Origin: Asterias rubens
Lineage: Eukaryota
Length of the DNA stretch: 64,000 bases
Reading direction: 5' to 3'
Assembly: GCF_902459465.1 (NCBI RefSeq)
Contig: NC_047063.1
Span: 7,068,001 to 7,132,000 of the forward strand
This document shows positions 1 to 12,181 of this stretch, one piece after another (position 1 is the first letter of the stretch; each line of letters starts with the position of its first letter). The notes under the pieces were generated by a model. It was not told the DNA's origin. It worked only from the letters and a program-made list of their open reading frames with translations, and did no database searches. Both the position numbers and the translations under genes were made by a program.

Positions 1-149
1 AAGTTGTGTTAACATTTATGTAGTTTTAGACAACTTGTTGAAAAAATAAAACCGTGAAGACATTACATGGATAAAACACAGAATTTGTTCCTCTTGCCCT
101 TATTTCTTAATGATGGACTATCTGTTTGGGAATTTTTACATACAAGGCC

Positions 150-306
150 GGTCGATGCTGTGCGATAAAGGCAACAAACCTTTCATTCCCTTAGTTTGCC
201 ATGATCTAAGGCCACATGGTCATGGTGTGACTGCCCAATAAAAGGCTGCGGTAGTGATGGACTCCTGCGGGTGGATCACCATCTCAGAAGAGTCCATAGA
301 ATGAAG
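150..306 (+). pseudogene. Orphan exon encoding a C2H2-type zinc finger (CPIKGCGSDGLLRVDHHLRRVH)
   Basis: Manual translation gives a CxxxxC...HxxxxH pattern ending at an AAG|GTAAG splice donor; boundaries approximate. Confidence 0.5.
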
Positions 307-402
307 GTAAGTAATACCCATAGCAACAACTTTAATTTAGGACAGTTTTGTATTGAAACAATGCTTTATGTTAAAAACAACTACTTCTTAAAATTATGTT
401 AA

Positions 403-768
403 AGCCATTGGACCCTTTCGGTAAACAGTATTGTCCAAGGCCCACACTTTGTGTACCACAACTTCTATATCAAATAACAAACCTGTGAAAATTTGGGCTC
501 AATCGGTCATCGAAGTCGGGAGAAAACAACGGAAAAACCCACCCTTGTTTCTGCGCGTTTCGCCGTGTCATGACATGTGTTTAAAATAAATCCGTAATTC
601 TCGTTAACGAGAATTCATATTGTTTTGCTGTTTTCTCAAAAAGTAAAGCATTTCATGGAATAATATTTCAAGAGAAGTCTTCCACCATTGCCTTCTGTAA
701 ACCCTGTAAGTTATTTGTAAATCTGTGAACTTTTTCTTTTTTTTCTGAACCGAAAGGGTCCAATGGCT
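403..768. mobile_element. Kolobok-type MITE (TIR AGCCATTGGACCCTTTCGG, TTAA TSD)
   Basis: TIRs at both ends, TTAA on both flanks (399-402, 769-772); near-identical copy at 30961-31323. Confidence 0.85.
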
Positions 769-1239
769 TTAAACAAAATTTGAAGAACTGTCTCTTAGCT
801 TGTTATGTGACCATGCCTGACATTATTATTAATGGCATTGACGTTAAAGGCAGGATACATTTTGGTAGTTGTCAAAGACCAGTATCTTCACTTGGTGTAT
901 ATCACAACACATGCATTCCAAAGAAATTGTGAAAATGTTGGTCATTGAAGTTGCACGACATTCAGGAAAGAAAAACACCTTTGTTGCATTTAGAACAGTG
1001 TGATTTAAGACGCTGAGAAAGGCCTCATGCCCGAGGACTTTCTAAGATTACAAATGTTTTTTGTGAAAAATGACAAAACATTACTTCGTAGAAGAAATCC
1101 TCAGCCAAGAGGAGTTCGAGGATTACCATGCGAGTTGCCAGGCAATGGTCCAGCACATACATCTACATGTATACTGTACTAGGTAAGGTAAATAATAGTA
1201 ACGACTGGGCAAAACTTCTCTGTAGAAATTTGTAGTTCT

Positions 1240-3180
1240 TTGACAGTCAGTTGAAGTTCGAGGTGACAAAAGTTATAATTTTCTGCCAGTCTCATAGGCA
1301 CTGTCAAGAGCTGCATGCAACATTTAAAGAAGTTACTAGGGAGCGAGCTTTGTCAACATGTTGGTATGTTCCACTCATGCACAGAGGAAATAGTCAAGGA
1401 GAAGGTACCAGCTGCTTTTTGCAGAGAACACAGCAATATTCGGATTTTGATTGCCACAGTTGCATTTGACATGGGGGTACACATGTTGAGGGCTTATACA
1501 CTGCTATACATTATGGCCATTCCATAAACATTGATGACTATTTCCAGGCAGTGGGAGAATCAGACAGGATGGTAAACAGAGTCATGTCATTATCCTTTTG
1601 TTCCCCAAATGCTTCACTATGCAAAATAGAACAGAGTATGAAAAATTATCTGAAGACAAATGAATGCAGGTGCAAAATTCTGTTGGAGCACTATGGACAT
1701 TTCTCAATTTGCACAAAGGAAATGAGCTTGTGCTGTGACAACTGTGCAGGTGATAATTCTGGTGTTGGATGGATAGAGGGACATTTTCAGATTCTCCAAT
1801 TGAACAGTAATGTGCGAGAGCAGGCAGAATCATCATCAGTTGTAAGGAAGGCAACTGCATCACAGAGGCAGGAGATTCAAGTTGTAAGGAAGGCAACTGC
1901 ATCATAGAGGCAGGAGATTCAAGTTGTAAGGAAGGCAACTGCATCACAGAGGCAGGAGATTCAAGTTGTAAGGAAGGCAACTGCATCACAGAGGCAGGAG
2001 ATTCAAGTTGTAAGGAAGGCAACTGCATCACAGAGGCAGGAGATTCAAGTTGTAAGGAAGCGTCTGCATCACAGAGGCAGGAGATTCAAGTTGTAAGGAA
2101 GGCAACTGCATCACAGAGGCAGGAGATTCAAGTTGTAAGGAAGGCAACTGCATCACAGAGGCAGGAGATTCAAGTTGTAAGGAAGGCAACTGCATCACAG
2201 AGGCAGGAGATTCAAGTTGTAAGGAAGGCAACTGCATCACAGAGGCAGGAGATTCAAGTTGTAAGGAAGGCAACTGCATCACAGAGGCAGGAGATTCAAG
2301 TTGTAGGGAAGGCAACTGCATCACAGAGGCAGGAGATTCAAGTTGTAAGGAAGGCAACTGCATCACAGAGGCAGGAGATTCAAGTTGTAAGGAAGGCAAA
2401 TGCATCACAGAGGCAGGAGATTCAAGTTGTAAGGAAGGCAACTGCATCACAGAGGCAGGAGATTCAAGTTGTAAGGAAGGCAACTGCATCACAGAGGCAG
2501 GAGATTCAAGTTGTAAGGAAGGCAACTGCATCACAGAGGCAGGAGATTCAAGTTGTAAGGAAGGCAACTGCATCACAGAGGCAGGAGATTCAAGTTGTAA
2601 GGAAGGCAACTGCATCACAGAGGCAGGAGATTCAAGTTGTAAGGAAGGCAACTGCATCACAGAGGCAGGAGATTCAAGTTGTAAGGAAGGCAACTGCATC
2701 ACAGAGGCAGGAGATTCAAGTTGTAAGGAAGGCAACTGCATCACAGAGGCAGGAGATTCAAGTTGTAAGGAAGGCAACTGCATCACAGAGGCAGGAGATT
2801 CAAGTTGTAAGGAAGGCAACTGCATCACAGAGGCAGGAGATTCAAGTTGTAAGGAAGGCAACTGCATCACAGAGGCAGGAGATTCAAGTTGTAAGGAAGG
2901 CAACTGCATCACAGAGGCAGGAGATTCAAGTTGTAAGGAAGGCAACTGCATCACAGAGGCAGGAGATTCGGCCACAAAATAGAAGACTATAGAAGGCACT
3001 TTTTCATTTGTATTGTCAATACAAATATCAGACTCTATTTTGCCTTCTACTTTCCTCAATTTTGCAAGCATATTCTAGCATCAAACCTTTTCTTAAAACA
3101 CAGATTGGGTGAGATCAACATACATAAATGTTCACAGATTAGCTGTATGGCTGTACATGTATTTCTTTCTCATATTTAAA
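1240..3180 (+). pseudogene. RecQ-like SF2 helicase C-terminal remnant, probably from an AcademH-like transposon
   Basis: Frameshifted motifs KVIIFC (IV), GMFHS (IVa), ILIATVAFDMGV (V), HYG...DDYFQAVG (VI) and Zn-binding CRCKILLEHYG...CCDNCA; intronless; interrupted by a 42-bp array. Confidence 0.75.
1839..2969 (+). repeat. 42-bp minisatellite, about 27 copies, amplified from helicase coding sequence (VVRKATASQRQEIQ)
   Basis: Unit GTTGTAAGGAAGGCAACTGCATCACAGAGGCAGGAGATTCAA, nearly invariant; one unit near 2060 is 1 nt short. Confidence 0.97.
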
Positions 3181-3203
3181 AGAATTGTATTACTGGTAAA
3201 AAA

Positions 3204-3400
3204 GTGACATGGACGTCTGCAGAATCAGAGGCAATATGGAAAGACATGAGAGATTTCATAGTACATCAATATGTCACGGTACCAAGAAAGAAGTCATGCG
3301 AGCAGTGTATAGCAGCCAATCCGATGTTAAGCAAGCGAACAAGTAATAACAAAAAATGTTTGCAAGAAGAACTAAGTGCATGCAATGTCATTGCCAATAA
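3204..3400 (+). pseudogene. SANT/Myb-like C-terminal domain fragment (WTSAESEAIW...VPRKKSCEQCIAANPMLSKRT)
   Basis: W-x3-E-x-A...VPxKxxCxxC...LxxR pattern that I associate with transposon-encoded proteins; recognition only. Confidence 0.4.
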
Positions 3401-3481
3401 AATAAAAAAGAGTCATCATTAAACATTGATTTTTCCAACATCCTATTTTAATGTGCATAATAATTATCTTATTGTTTATAT

Positions 3482-4015
3482 GGGCGATTCCATGAAAAGG
3501 TGGAATTTTCTTAGAACAATGAAAGAGCTCCCAGAACTGAATTTTTATCTTTGAATCATTCTAAACACGTCCAAGTGTCAGGGGAATTTTTTTTATTCTG
3601 TTTGGATATTGTTAACTGTAAAAAAAAAATTACTTTTCTAATAGGGCACTTTGGTGGGAAAAAAGTAATGTTTTTAATGGTTTTATCAATTTGACCTATA
3701 TTTATAAGTCAGTATCAATTTTCTTTAAAAAGTTATAAATGAGAGCAAGTAGGGGCAGTATTCTTTAAGAAAAAATATGTAAAATTCAATACAACTCAAT
3801 GTACACTTGTGTCAACACTTGGTTTGAGGTACTCTCAGAGAGCGTAACGCGTGTTACCAAAACACACCCTTTTAAATATAATTACTAAACAACCTGGTTT
3901 CAAATGCTGCAACTTTTAATTTTAATAAGGGCTCATGTAAAAACAGTAAAAACTTAGATGAATTCCTAACCACCGCTTCACAATGAGCCTCCGAAAACTG
4001 TAACGCGTGTTACCA
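3482..4015 (+). mobile_element. About 535-bp terminal segment of a Sola2-like element (GGGCGATTCC terminus), inverted copy of 17661-18208
   Basis: Reverse complement matches 17661-18208 throughout; contains GTAACGCGTGTTACC motifs; GRG terminus and long ends fit Sola2. Confidence 0.7.
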
Positions 4016-4119
4016 AAACACATGCTTTCAAAAGAAACTGAGAAAATGTTGGTCATTGAAGTTGCACAACATTTAGGAAACAAAAAAACCCTTGTTGCAT
4101 AAAGATCATTGGGATTTTC

Positions 4120-5310
4120 GACGAGGATTAACTACTACCAACTACCTGGATAGTTTGGAAAGGGAAAAACGAGATCAACTCATCAAAATTGCCATTTCCC
4201 TTGGAAGAAAGCACAGGCAGAGGAGAAGGAAGCGATGTTTTGAAATTCAGCAGGAAATTGCAAAACGGATTGCCCTCAAACACACAAAAAAGGAACAGAC
4301 ACAAAGAAACAAAATTGAAAAGAAACTGTAAACCCCAAACTTGAACATTGCCGCTGAATTTCCAGATATGCACGCGACTAAAGGAAGAACTTGCAGATGT
4401 ACTTGAAGGAAAAATTGTGCGACGACAAAAAGTACACGTTATTAGTGCTGGGCGAATAGTGAAATTTTGTTATTCGGATACCGCTGGCCAACTATCTGAA
4501 ATTAACCGGATATTCAAATAGTTTTTTCGCCGCTAGAGGGCAGTATATAAAAAAAAAAAAAACTAACAAAATATATATATATTTTTTGCCGCTAGAGGGC
4601 GCTGTTCATTTGTGAATGAGATCTTATGGGCGGTTTTATGTTAGTTTTAGACTGTCACTCGGTTCATTCATAAAAATGACCGGATCTAATTTAAAGATGG
4701 CGATTTGCTGTTTCTTTTGATCGTGATTGACTCTACGTGAAGGAAAACTTTAGTAATCTTTGAACAAATTATGTCAGAAATGTCATTGTTTTAACTCTTC
4801 ATGGAGGTGAGCATAGTTAAATACTTAATTGATGCTGTTTTATGCTGTCTTAATAGAAGTTTCATTAGGATTGAGACAAAACATTCATATCAGTTGTCGC
4901 CCGACGTCCGCGGATGTTCGGGTATTAAAGAATATCTGGTTACTTGGATGTAATTACAGAACTATCCGGTTTATAAATAGGTATTCGCGCCCATTGCTGA
5001 TATCCGGTTAAGAAAAAAAAGGCATTCGCGGTTATGGATAGGAAAACCTATTCACAATTAACCGGATATTCAAATAATTTGCCCAGGCCTAGTACACGTG
5101 TGGTAGGACAGTGAAAATAGCAAAAAAAAACAAAAGTACCATGGCAAAATCAAAAAACTGAAAAAAAGAAAAGAAAAAAAAAAGCATCAGGGACTTATGT
5201 GATTGGATACTGGAATGAAGATGAAACCTTTGATGATGCCATAGATTATGACATTTGTAAATATGCATCGGTTTGGGATTTAAAGGTATAATTTGTTGTT
5301 CATTGGAAGA
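4120..5310 (+). pseudogene. Transposase copy G: C-terminal fragment (subfamily 1) with Tudor-like tail, split by a MITE
   Basis: NYLDSLEREKRDQLIKIAISLGRKHRQ aligns with DSLDILEEEKRAKLIEVAITLGRKHRR in copy B; GKIV..VHVW..YHGKI..WNEDETFDD aligns with the copy B tail. Confidence 0.75.
4443..5091. mobile_element. hAT-like MITE
   Basis: Ends TAGTGCTGGGCGAA / TTTGCCCAGGCCTA; GTACACGT on both flanks (left copy offset by 3 nt); interrupts the copy G reading frame. Confidence 0.7.
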
Positions 5311-5775
5311 CGGAAGTCATTCCTATCATCTAGTTTCAAAAGACCAACTTTGAAAATTTCATTAAAATCGGTGTTAACGTTTTTTGGGAGGACCATTCAA
5401 CTGTTGAATGGGAAATGCTATTCCCCATTGGAAAATAGGTCTTTTTGGTCGCCGGTGCGGATGGGAGTAATAGTGAATGTCACGTGAAGTAAGTTCCACC
5501 AATATGTATGTCAGTTATATAATGTTTTTTAAGCCCGTTCAAATGCACTCCTTTTGATTAACATAGGTTTAAGTTGTATTTTTATGTCACATACCTTCAT
5601 AATGGAGTTTGAAAATAATTTTTGGTTTGGTGTGTGTTGATTTTGGCCCTAGTCTAGTGAAATGTTTGCAAAGTTTTGTGAACATTTGATGGGGTCACTT
5701 GGGAATTTTTCAGAAATTTTGTTGATTTGTACTAAAGTGTATATAGGACATACCGGGGAAAAAAATCGGCTACAC

Positions 5776-5882
5776 TATTTCGCCCAGGCGGATTACTATT
5801 CCGCCGGGACCGATTGCTATTTCGCCCGGGCGGATAACTATTTCGCCCGGGCAGATTACTGTTCCGCCCAGGCGGATTACTA
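5776..5882. repeat. Five imperfect 21-bp tandem repeats (CTATTTCGCCCGGGCGGATTA), probably subterminal repeats of a DNA transposon
   Basis: Repeats read directly; preceded by TACCGGGGAAAAAAA. Confidence 0.7.
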
Positions 5883-6424
5883 ATTTTCCTACGAGTCATA
5901 TTATGATTATAAATAGATTTCAATTGTGAAAAAAAACCAATAATTTCGAATGCTCTTATCGTTGGCTTTATTTCATCCTTTTACCCATGGTTCGCGTTTC
6001 AACATCATAGTTAACTTTGTTTACGGATGAAAACGAGGTTGTAAAATATATTTGGTGACACGTCTTTGACACGCATCCGGTGCGTACGCATTTCAGCCAG
6101 GCCAACCTCGTTCTCATGCGTTCGATCTCGCAGCCTGCTCATGGCCGGCTGGTCAACACATGAGGACGAGTATAGCATACACACTTCTTGTCCCCCGCCC
6201 CCCTCCCCAGGCGCCAAAAGCACCGGTACCCGGCCACAGGTAGAGTACGTAAGTATCTCTTACCAGCGAACAAGTGCCAGTCAACAGGTCACATGGGCAC
6301 GCCACCTAAGTTAAGGCGGCAAATTGGAAGGCGGTATTACATTAGGGTCGTACCTTTTATCAGTGTCGGTTGGCTTAGCTTCCTTTTGTGATTTAAAATA
6401 ATTTTTCTCTTTGACATTGTAATT

Positions 6425-9400
6425 ATGCCGGGGTCAAAGTACGCGTTGGTTCATTGGGTAAATAGTAATAATACGAGCATTGTGCCTAGTTTGGCAGTTG
6501 GTAATCCCGAACAACTGCAAGACCCCGTCATAGTTGGCAAGATTTCTTTCTCAGTCTTGGGGAGAAAAGAACCAGTTGGCGGTTGGACCAAGCACAATGG
6601 CAGAGTTCTTCAGACAGATGGTAAGCAAAGTTCATAATCAGATATTAATACCATAGTTCTAATAATTTTATTAATAACCATTGATATTGATATATATTGA
6701 ATTAACATCACTCGGACATGTCGGATCTCGGTGATGTCACTGTCAGTCCTGAATTGATTAGGCTACAGTACAGACATCGTCCCATTTTTGTAGAAACGCC
6801 TAAATACCCAAACTTTTTTGCAATGCAACTGCAAGTGCAACTAACATGACTAACAAACAAGTGGAGCCTTACATGGTTCTAAGTTTTGGTCAAGAGAGAG
6901 GAGACTCTTTGCTTGGCAAGTCAAACCACAAACATTTTTTCTAGCATGTCATTGTCTAGGGTAGGGACTGTTTACAACGCACACAGACAGACACATCTGA
7001 AGCGATTTGTGCAGTAAAATATCAAGATCAGGCAGAGATGTAAAAGATTTGCGACGATTTTACTTTAGCATGAGGGACATCTTGAAAACAGGACGTCCTA
7101 CGAATACGATATAATATAATAAACATGATAAATAAGCTAAAATAGTAATACAAATCGACAAGGTAAACAAATGTCGATTAATTTGTAGGCCTATATATTT
7201 TTGGCTGATGATAGGGGCCTTCCATTCCTTCAGCATGTTCATTTCAGGTGATAGAGGCCCAGCAACCTAATCTTTTCAAAAAATGTTTGCAGATAAATAA
7301 AGTGTTTTGCGCTCAGCTGAGGATGCGTTCATCAAAAAAGAGAACACCAAGTCAACCGACATGATCGAGCAGGAAGAAGGAGCAGGAAGGGGCCAAAGAA
7401 AGCGAAAGCCCAACAGTTGTTTTGACGGCCAAGATTCAGAGGCTACTACTAGCATGACTACTAGTAGTACTAGTAGTACTAGTAGTACTACTGGCACCAA
7501 CAGCTCATCAAGATCCAAATCTAAAAAGGTAGGCCTAAGTAATAGTAATACTATTTTTAGTAGACCTAAAATCCCATAGTAAATATTTTAACAGTGAAAC
7601 ATGTATATGTAGGGGCTGTGTCATGTATGTTTGTAGGTGGTACTTTGCAACCACTCTCTCAAAAAAAAAAATAATAACTAGAGACCAGTGATTGTAACCA
7701 ACAATCAACAGTCAACATGGGGTCACGGTAACCCAAGGCTAATCTCCAATGCCCAAGGAGTATATCACTGAAAACTGCTTGAAAATCGGGTGTTTAGTTC
7801 TTGAGATATGACCGACCAAAGATTGACTAATTAAATATTCACACGGCTATGAATAATTAATTTAATTTGTATTTATAACATCTAAGAATTAATTCTGGGC
7901 GACCCGGGTATAGTAAGTCCCGATCTAATTAGGCTTTACTATGTACTAGTTCAACTGATGCTACAAGGTAACTGGATATTGTCAATATAGTGCTACGTTG
8001 TAGCCGCGGTGCCAGGACTCACCAATTAATTAACAATTATGACTAATTATAGCAGTCTTTTGGCCTGGAACATCACTTATATATAGTATTTCACTTTTCA
8101 TAACAATTTATGTATATCAGAAAACTAACAATGAACTTGTTTTGAAAAAATAGTTTAAAAATAGTGTTTTTGAACAGTAAAACATTTACACTTTTAGCGC
8201 TATATGTTTGTACACAGAAAGAAAACACGCCTACAACTGACGTCATGATGACGTGAGGAAGATTGTTATGCCAGAATTTACATTTACAATACAAGACAAG
8301 TTCATTTATGAAAAGGTTTGAGGATCGGGGGTATACTTCTGGAGATATGATGCTAACAAGATTGACTAATTAAATATTCACACGGCTGTCACGTGAATAA
8401 TTAATTAAGAATTTTAATCTAATTACTTCTAAAATTTAAGTTAGGGCATAAGCTTTAATATGGTATATGATTTGTCTACTTCTGATAGTTCTAAGAGGGA
8501 CATAATAAATGACACTGGAAAACGTCATGTGCTAAGTCAATAGGGTTTGGGGGGAAAAAGTATAATAAAAAACTAGACACCAGTGGTTGTTACTAACAAT
8601 CACAGAGCTGTTCCGTTTTGTCACGGTTGTCACGTTGTGTTGCACTATACGCCGAACGTGATAATTTAAAAAAGGCAAAAAAAGATAACATTCCAACCTA
8701 CTGACCCTTTTAAAAAATGGCATGAAATTGAAACAGAACACATGTTTGTATTTGGCCCAATTAAAATCTTTTGAAAGCATTTTTAAAATTTCATTTGAAA
8801 AGGTCAAGGCAGCGCACCATATGCTGAGTGAATCCATATTGGAAGAAGTGCAGAAGCAGAGGAGACAAAACCAGCCGCAAAAGTTAGAGTGTGCAAACTG
8901 CACCTCTCTGAAACTGCAAATGAAGGAGCTGCAGAAACAAAACGAAGTCCTCTGCAAGGGTAAGTCGAATTTAGCCAAGTTTTTGTGTTTTAAATCATAC
9001 ATTGCCATAACTTTAAATTTGTTGTTTCTTTGTTATATTTTGACTCGACATTTTTTCTGTAATATACATTTCAAATGTTGCCTTATAACATTTAGTGACT
9101 CCTTGGGCTATAACATGTCACCTAGATGAGAGAAAAACACAATGAGAAGGGAGTGTCGAATTTGGTGAAGGGGTTGATGTTAGGATCACAACATACCCCA
9201 TGCAACAGTTGGGCCCAATTCATAGAGCTGCACAAAAATGAGCTAAGCAAGAAAACATTTTGCTCACCAGATTAAGGTTACCAGTCAAAATACAATTCCA
9301 CATGTATGTGTGACTGGTATCAAGCTCATTTTTACTTATCAGAAAATTTCAGCTAGCACAAGCGTTACTTCTTCATGTTTTATTACTGAATACTCTGAGC

Positions 9401-10367
9401 CTTGTTGAAGGCAAAACTGCCATTTTGTTTTTATGAAAAGGTGTTTACCTGATGTTGTTCAAAACCTCAAAGAGATTGTGAGCAAGATGGCCCTAAAGAA
9501 ACGGTCCCAAGGCCAACTGAGCAACAGAGTGCAGAGCGACAGAGACCAGCAACTTCCACCACAACCATGTCCCTCACTGTAAACACCTCTGATATTGAAT
9601 TGGTATGTTCTTTTAAATGTACATGTAAGAAGTGTTGTGTTCATGATTGTTATGGTTTTTATTGGATGAGTACACTCAAAGTTTTTATAAATCTGTTTGT
9701 TGCTCAAAACTTTCAAATTGTATGAACAGCTCAAAAACTCAAGAGCCCTAAAAAAAGCAAGCTGTTTTGCCAGTGCATTGTCTAACTACAAACTTCACAT
9801 CTTAAATTCAGTTAACACAGAAAAAAGAATGTCCTAGCTGGAGTTAATGCTTTAAGTTTACTGCAAGGTATTTACTAAAAAAGAAGCTCAATGTTCCTAT
9901 TTTGTTTCACATAGATTGCAGGAGTGTCTCTACCTGCCCATGTGCTGAAGAGGTGCACACATCAGGACTACAAGAAACTAACGAGAGACCTGATGTGTGC
10001 CCTCTTCCCTTGGAGCAGATGGAGACCTGCTCTGTGATGGGGAAGAAGGGCGTTGGAGCAAACGCCTCAACTACGCTGCGACCATGCCTTCCCCAAGAAG
10101 TGGTCAAGGGAATCACATGTATGTATGAATTAATTTTTTTTTATTACCACTGCTATTTATTATCCTATTATTTTTTCCCGTTTTGATTCAGTTATAATAA
10201 TTTTAAACCTCATGACTAAAATACATGTACATGTTATATATATATATATATATATTTTTTTTACAGATTATGTCAGCAAGACATTTCCTGGTGTGGAGCT
10301 CACCCAAATTAGACAGCTTATGGCATATAAGCTTAAAGACGTTCGTGCAGCATCAACATCCCATTAG
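6425..10367 (+). pseudogene. Multi-exon BEN-domain protein gene, degraded
   Basis: Exons about 6425-6620 (MPGSKYALVHW), 7248/7293-7528, 8803-8959 (coiled coil), about 9441-9602, 9915-10118 and 10267-10367. The last two encode LTRDLMCALF-LEQMETCSVMGKKG...RPCLPQEVVKGI / YVSKTFPGVELTQIRQLMAYKLKDVR, a BEN-like pattern. In-frame stop near 7298 and frameshift near 9997. Confidence 0.7.
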
Positions 10368-10659
10368 TTTTGAAAATGCAGTACACACTTTAACTTGTTT
10401 GTTGTCACTTTCAATTGGTTTTAATGGTTAAGGCCTAATTGTGTCATGCATTGAAAATTATGTGCTACTGTTACCATCTTGCCATACTACTTGTAATCAC
10501 CTTGCTTGGTCAGAGTCGAGAATAAAAGTAATATTTTAAACACTCTTCACCTTTAAAAAGCATTTCACAGAAAAAGTTACAGAAATCTTTGTGTGAAATG
10601 CTTTTTAAGTCAAGATAATACTATTCTTAAATTCACTATAATTGTTTTTACAGATATAT

Positions 10660-10903
10660 GGGCCCAATTTCATGAAGCCTTTAAGCACAAAATTTGCTTA
10701 GCATGAAATTCCTTCCTTGATCAAAACAAGATTACCAGACAAATTTGAATTTGTCGCGTATTGCTTGTTACTGGCATTCGGCTGTTGTTTGCTTATACTG
10801 AAAAACGTGTGGAAATTTGGTTGGTAATCCTGTTTTTGTTAAGGAAGACATTTCATGCTAAGCAAATTTTTGTGCTTACAGCAGGCTTTTATGAAATTGG
10901 GCC
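10660..10903. mobile_element. Small TIR MITE (GGGCCCAATTTCAT...ATGAAATTGGGCC)
   Basis: Long imperfect inverted repeat; related degraded copy near 9211-9370. Confidence 0.7.
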
Positions 10904-11049
10904 ATGATCTTCATGAACTTCAAAGTTAATTTTAATTCCAATAATTGTTGCATCAATATCAAATAAACGTGTTCCAGAGCACAATTGTAACTAAAGAATG
11001 ATTGCATCTTTTGAATTGATATAGTTGCTTTCATAGGCCTAGTAAGTCA

Positions 11050-12181
11050 ACCTACAAATGGAGTGCAGACCATTATAGAACCCCATGAGCTGTATTGGCC
11101 AAAACACCATAGTGCCTGGGGAACATAGGTATAGGGTAGAAAACCCCATGGGGTGCATGGGTAAAGCCCCACGGGTATAGGGTAGAAAACACCATGGGGT
11201 GCATGGGTAAACCCTATGGGTATAGGGTAGAAAACACCATGGGGTGCATGGGTAAAACCACATGGGTATAGGGTAGTAAACACCATGGGGTGCATGGGTA
11301 AAACCCCATGGGTATAGGGTGGAAAACACCATGGGGTGCATGGGTAAACCCTATGGGTATAGGGTAGAAAACACCATGGGGTGCATGGGTAAAACCCCAT
11401 GGGTATAGGGTAGAAAACACCATGGGTAAAACCCCATGGGTATAGGGTAGAAAACACCATGGGGTGCATGGGTAAAACCCCATGGGTATAGGGTGGAAAA
11501 CACCATGGGGAGCATGGGTAAAGCCCCATGGGTTTAGGGTAGAAAACACCATGGGGAGCATGGGTAAAACCCCATGGGTATAGGGTAGAAAACACCATGG
11601 GGTGCATGGGTAAAGCCCCACGGGTATAGGGTAGAAAACACCATGGGGTGCATGGGTAAAAACCCCATGGGTATAGGGTGGAAAACACCATGGGGTGCAT
11701 GGGTAAAACCCCATGGGTATAGGGTAGAAAACACCATGGGGTGCATGGGTAAAACCCCATGGGTATAGGGTAGAAAACACCATGGGGTGCATGGGTAAAA
11801 CCCCATGGGTATAGGGTAGAAAACACCATGGGGTGCATGGGTAAAACCCCATGGGTATAGGGTAGAAAACACCATGGGGTGCATGGGTAAAACCCCATGG
11901 GTATAGGGTAGAAAACACCATGGGGTGCATGGGTAAAGCCCCACGGGTATAGGGTAGAAAACACCATGGGGTGCATGGGTAAAACCCCATGGGTATAGGG
12001 TAGAAAACACCATGGGGTGCATGGGTAAAACCCCATGTGAATCCATGGGAAATATCCCATGGGAAGTTCTCCCATTTATACATGGGGTCCAATTTCTCCT
12101 TGGGTTTCCCATGGGGAATCGCCCATGGGAAATCATCATGGGTTTCCCATGGGAAAACACCATGGGAAAATTTTGTAAGGG
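11050..12181. mobile_element. EnSpm/CMC-like non-autonomous element end with subterminal tandem repeats
   Basis: Ends TTTTGTAAGGG (reverse complement CCCTTACAAAA), the same terminus as at about 59732; abuts truncated copy A; partner TIR not found. Confidence 0.45.
11126..12037. repeat. 46-bp minisatellite, about 20 copies (GGTATAGGGTAGAAAACACCATGGGGTGCATGGGTAAAACCCCATG)
   Basis: Tandem array read directly; grades into degenerate CCCATGGG repeats. Confidence 0.95.

Noticed and set aside
1240-1840. Functional host RecQ/BLM/WRN gene
   Set aside because: Only the C-terminal half, intronless, frameshifted, with degenerate motif VI
1582-3071. Long minus-strand ORFs (MQLPSLQLESPASV)n
   Set aside because: Stop-free antisense frame of the 42-bp array; no independent sign of a gene
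11126-12037. Telomeric repeat (TAGGGT motifs)
   Set aside because: No (TTAGGG)n run; the motif is part of a 46-bp unit
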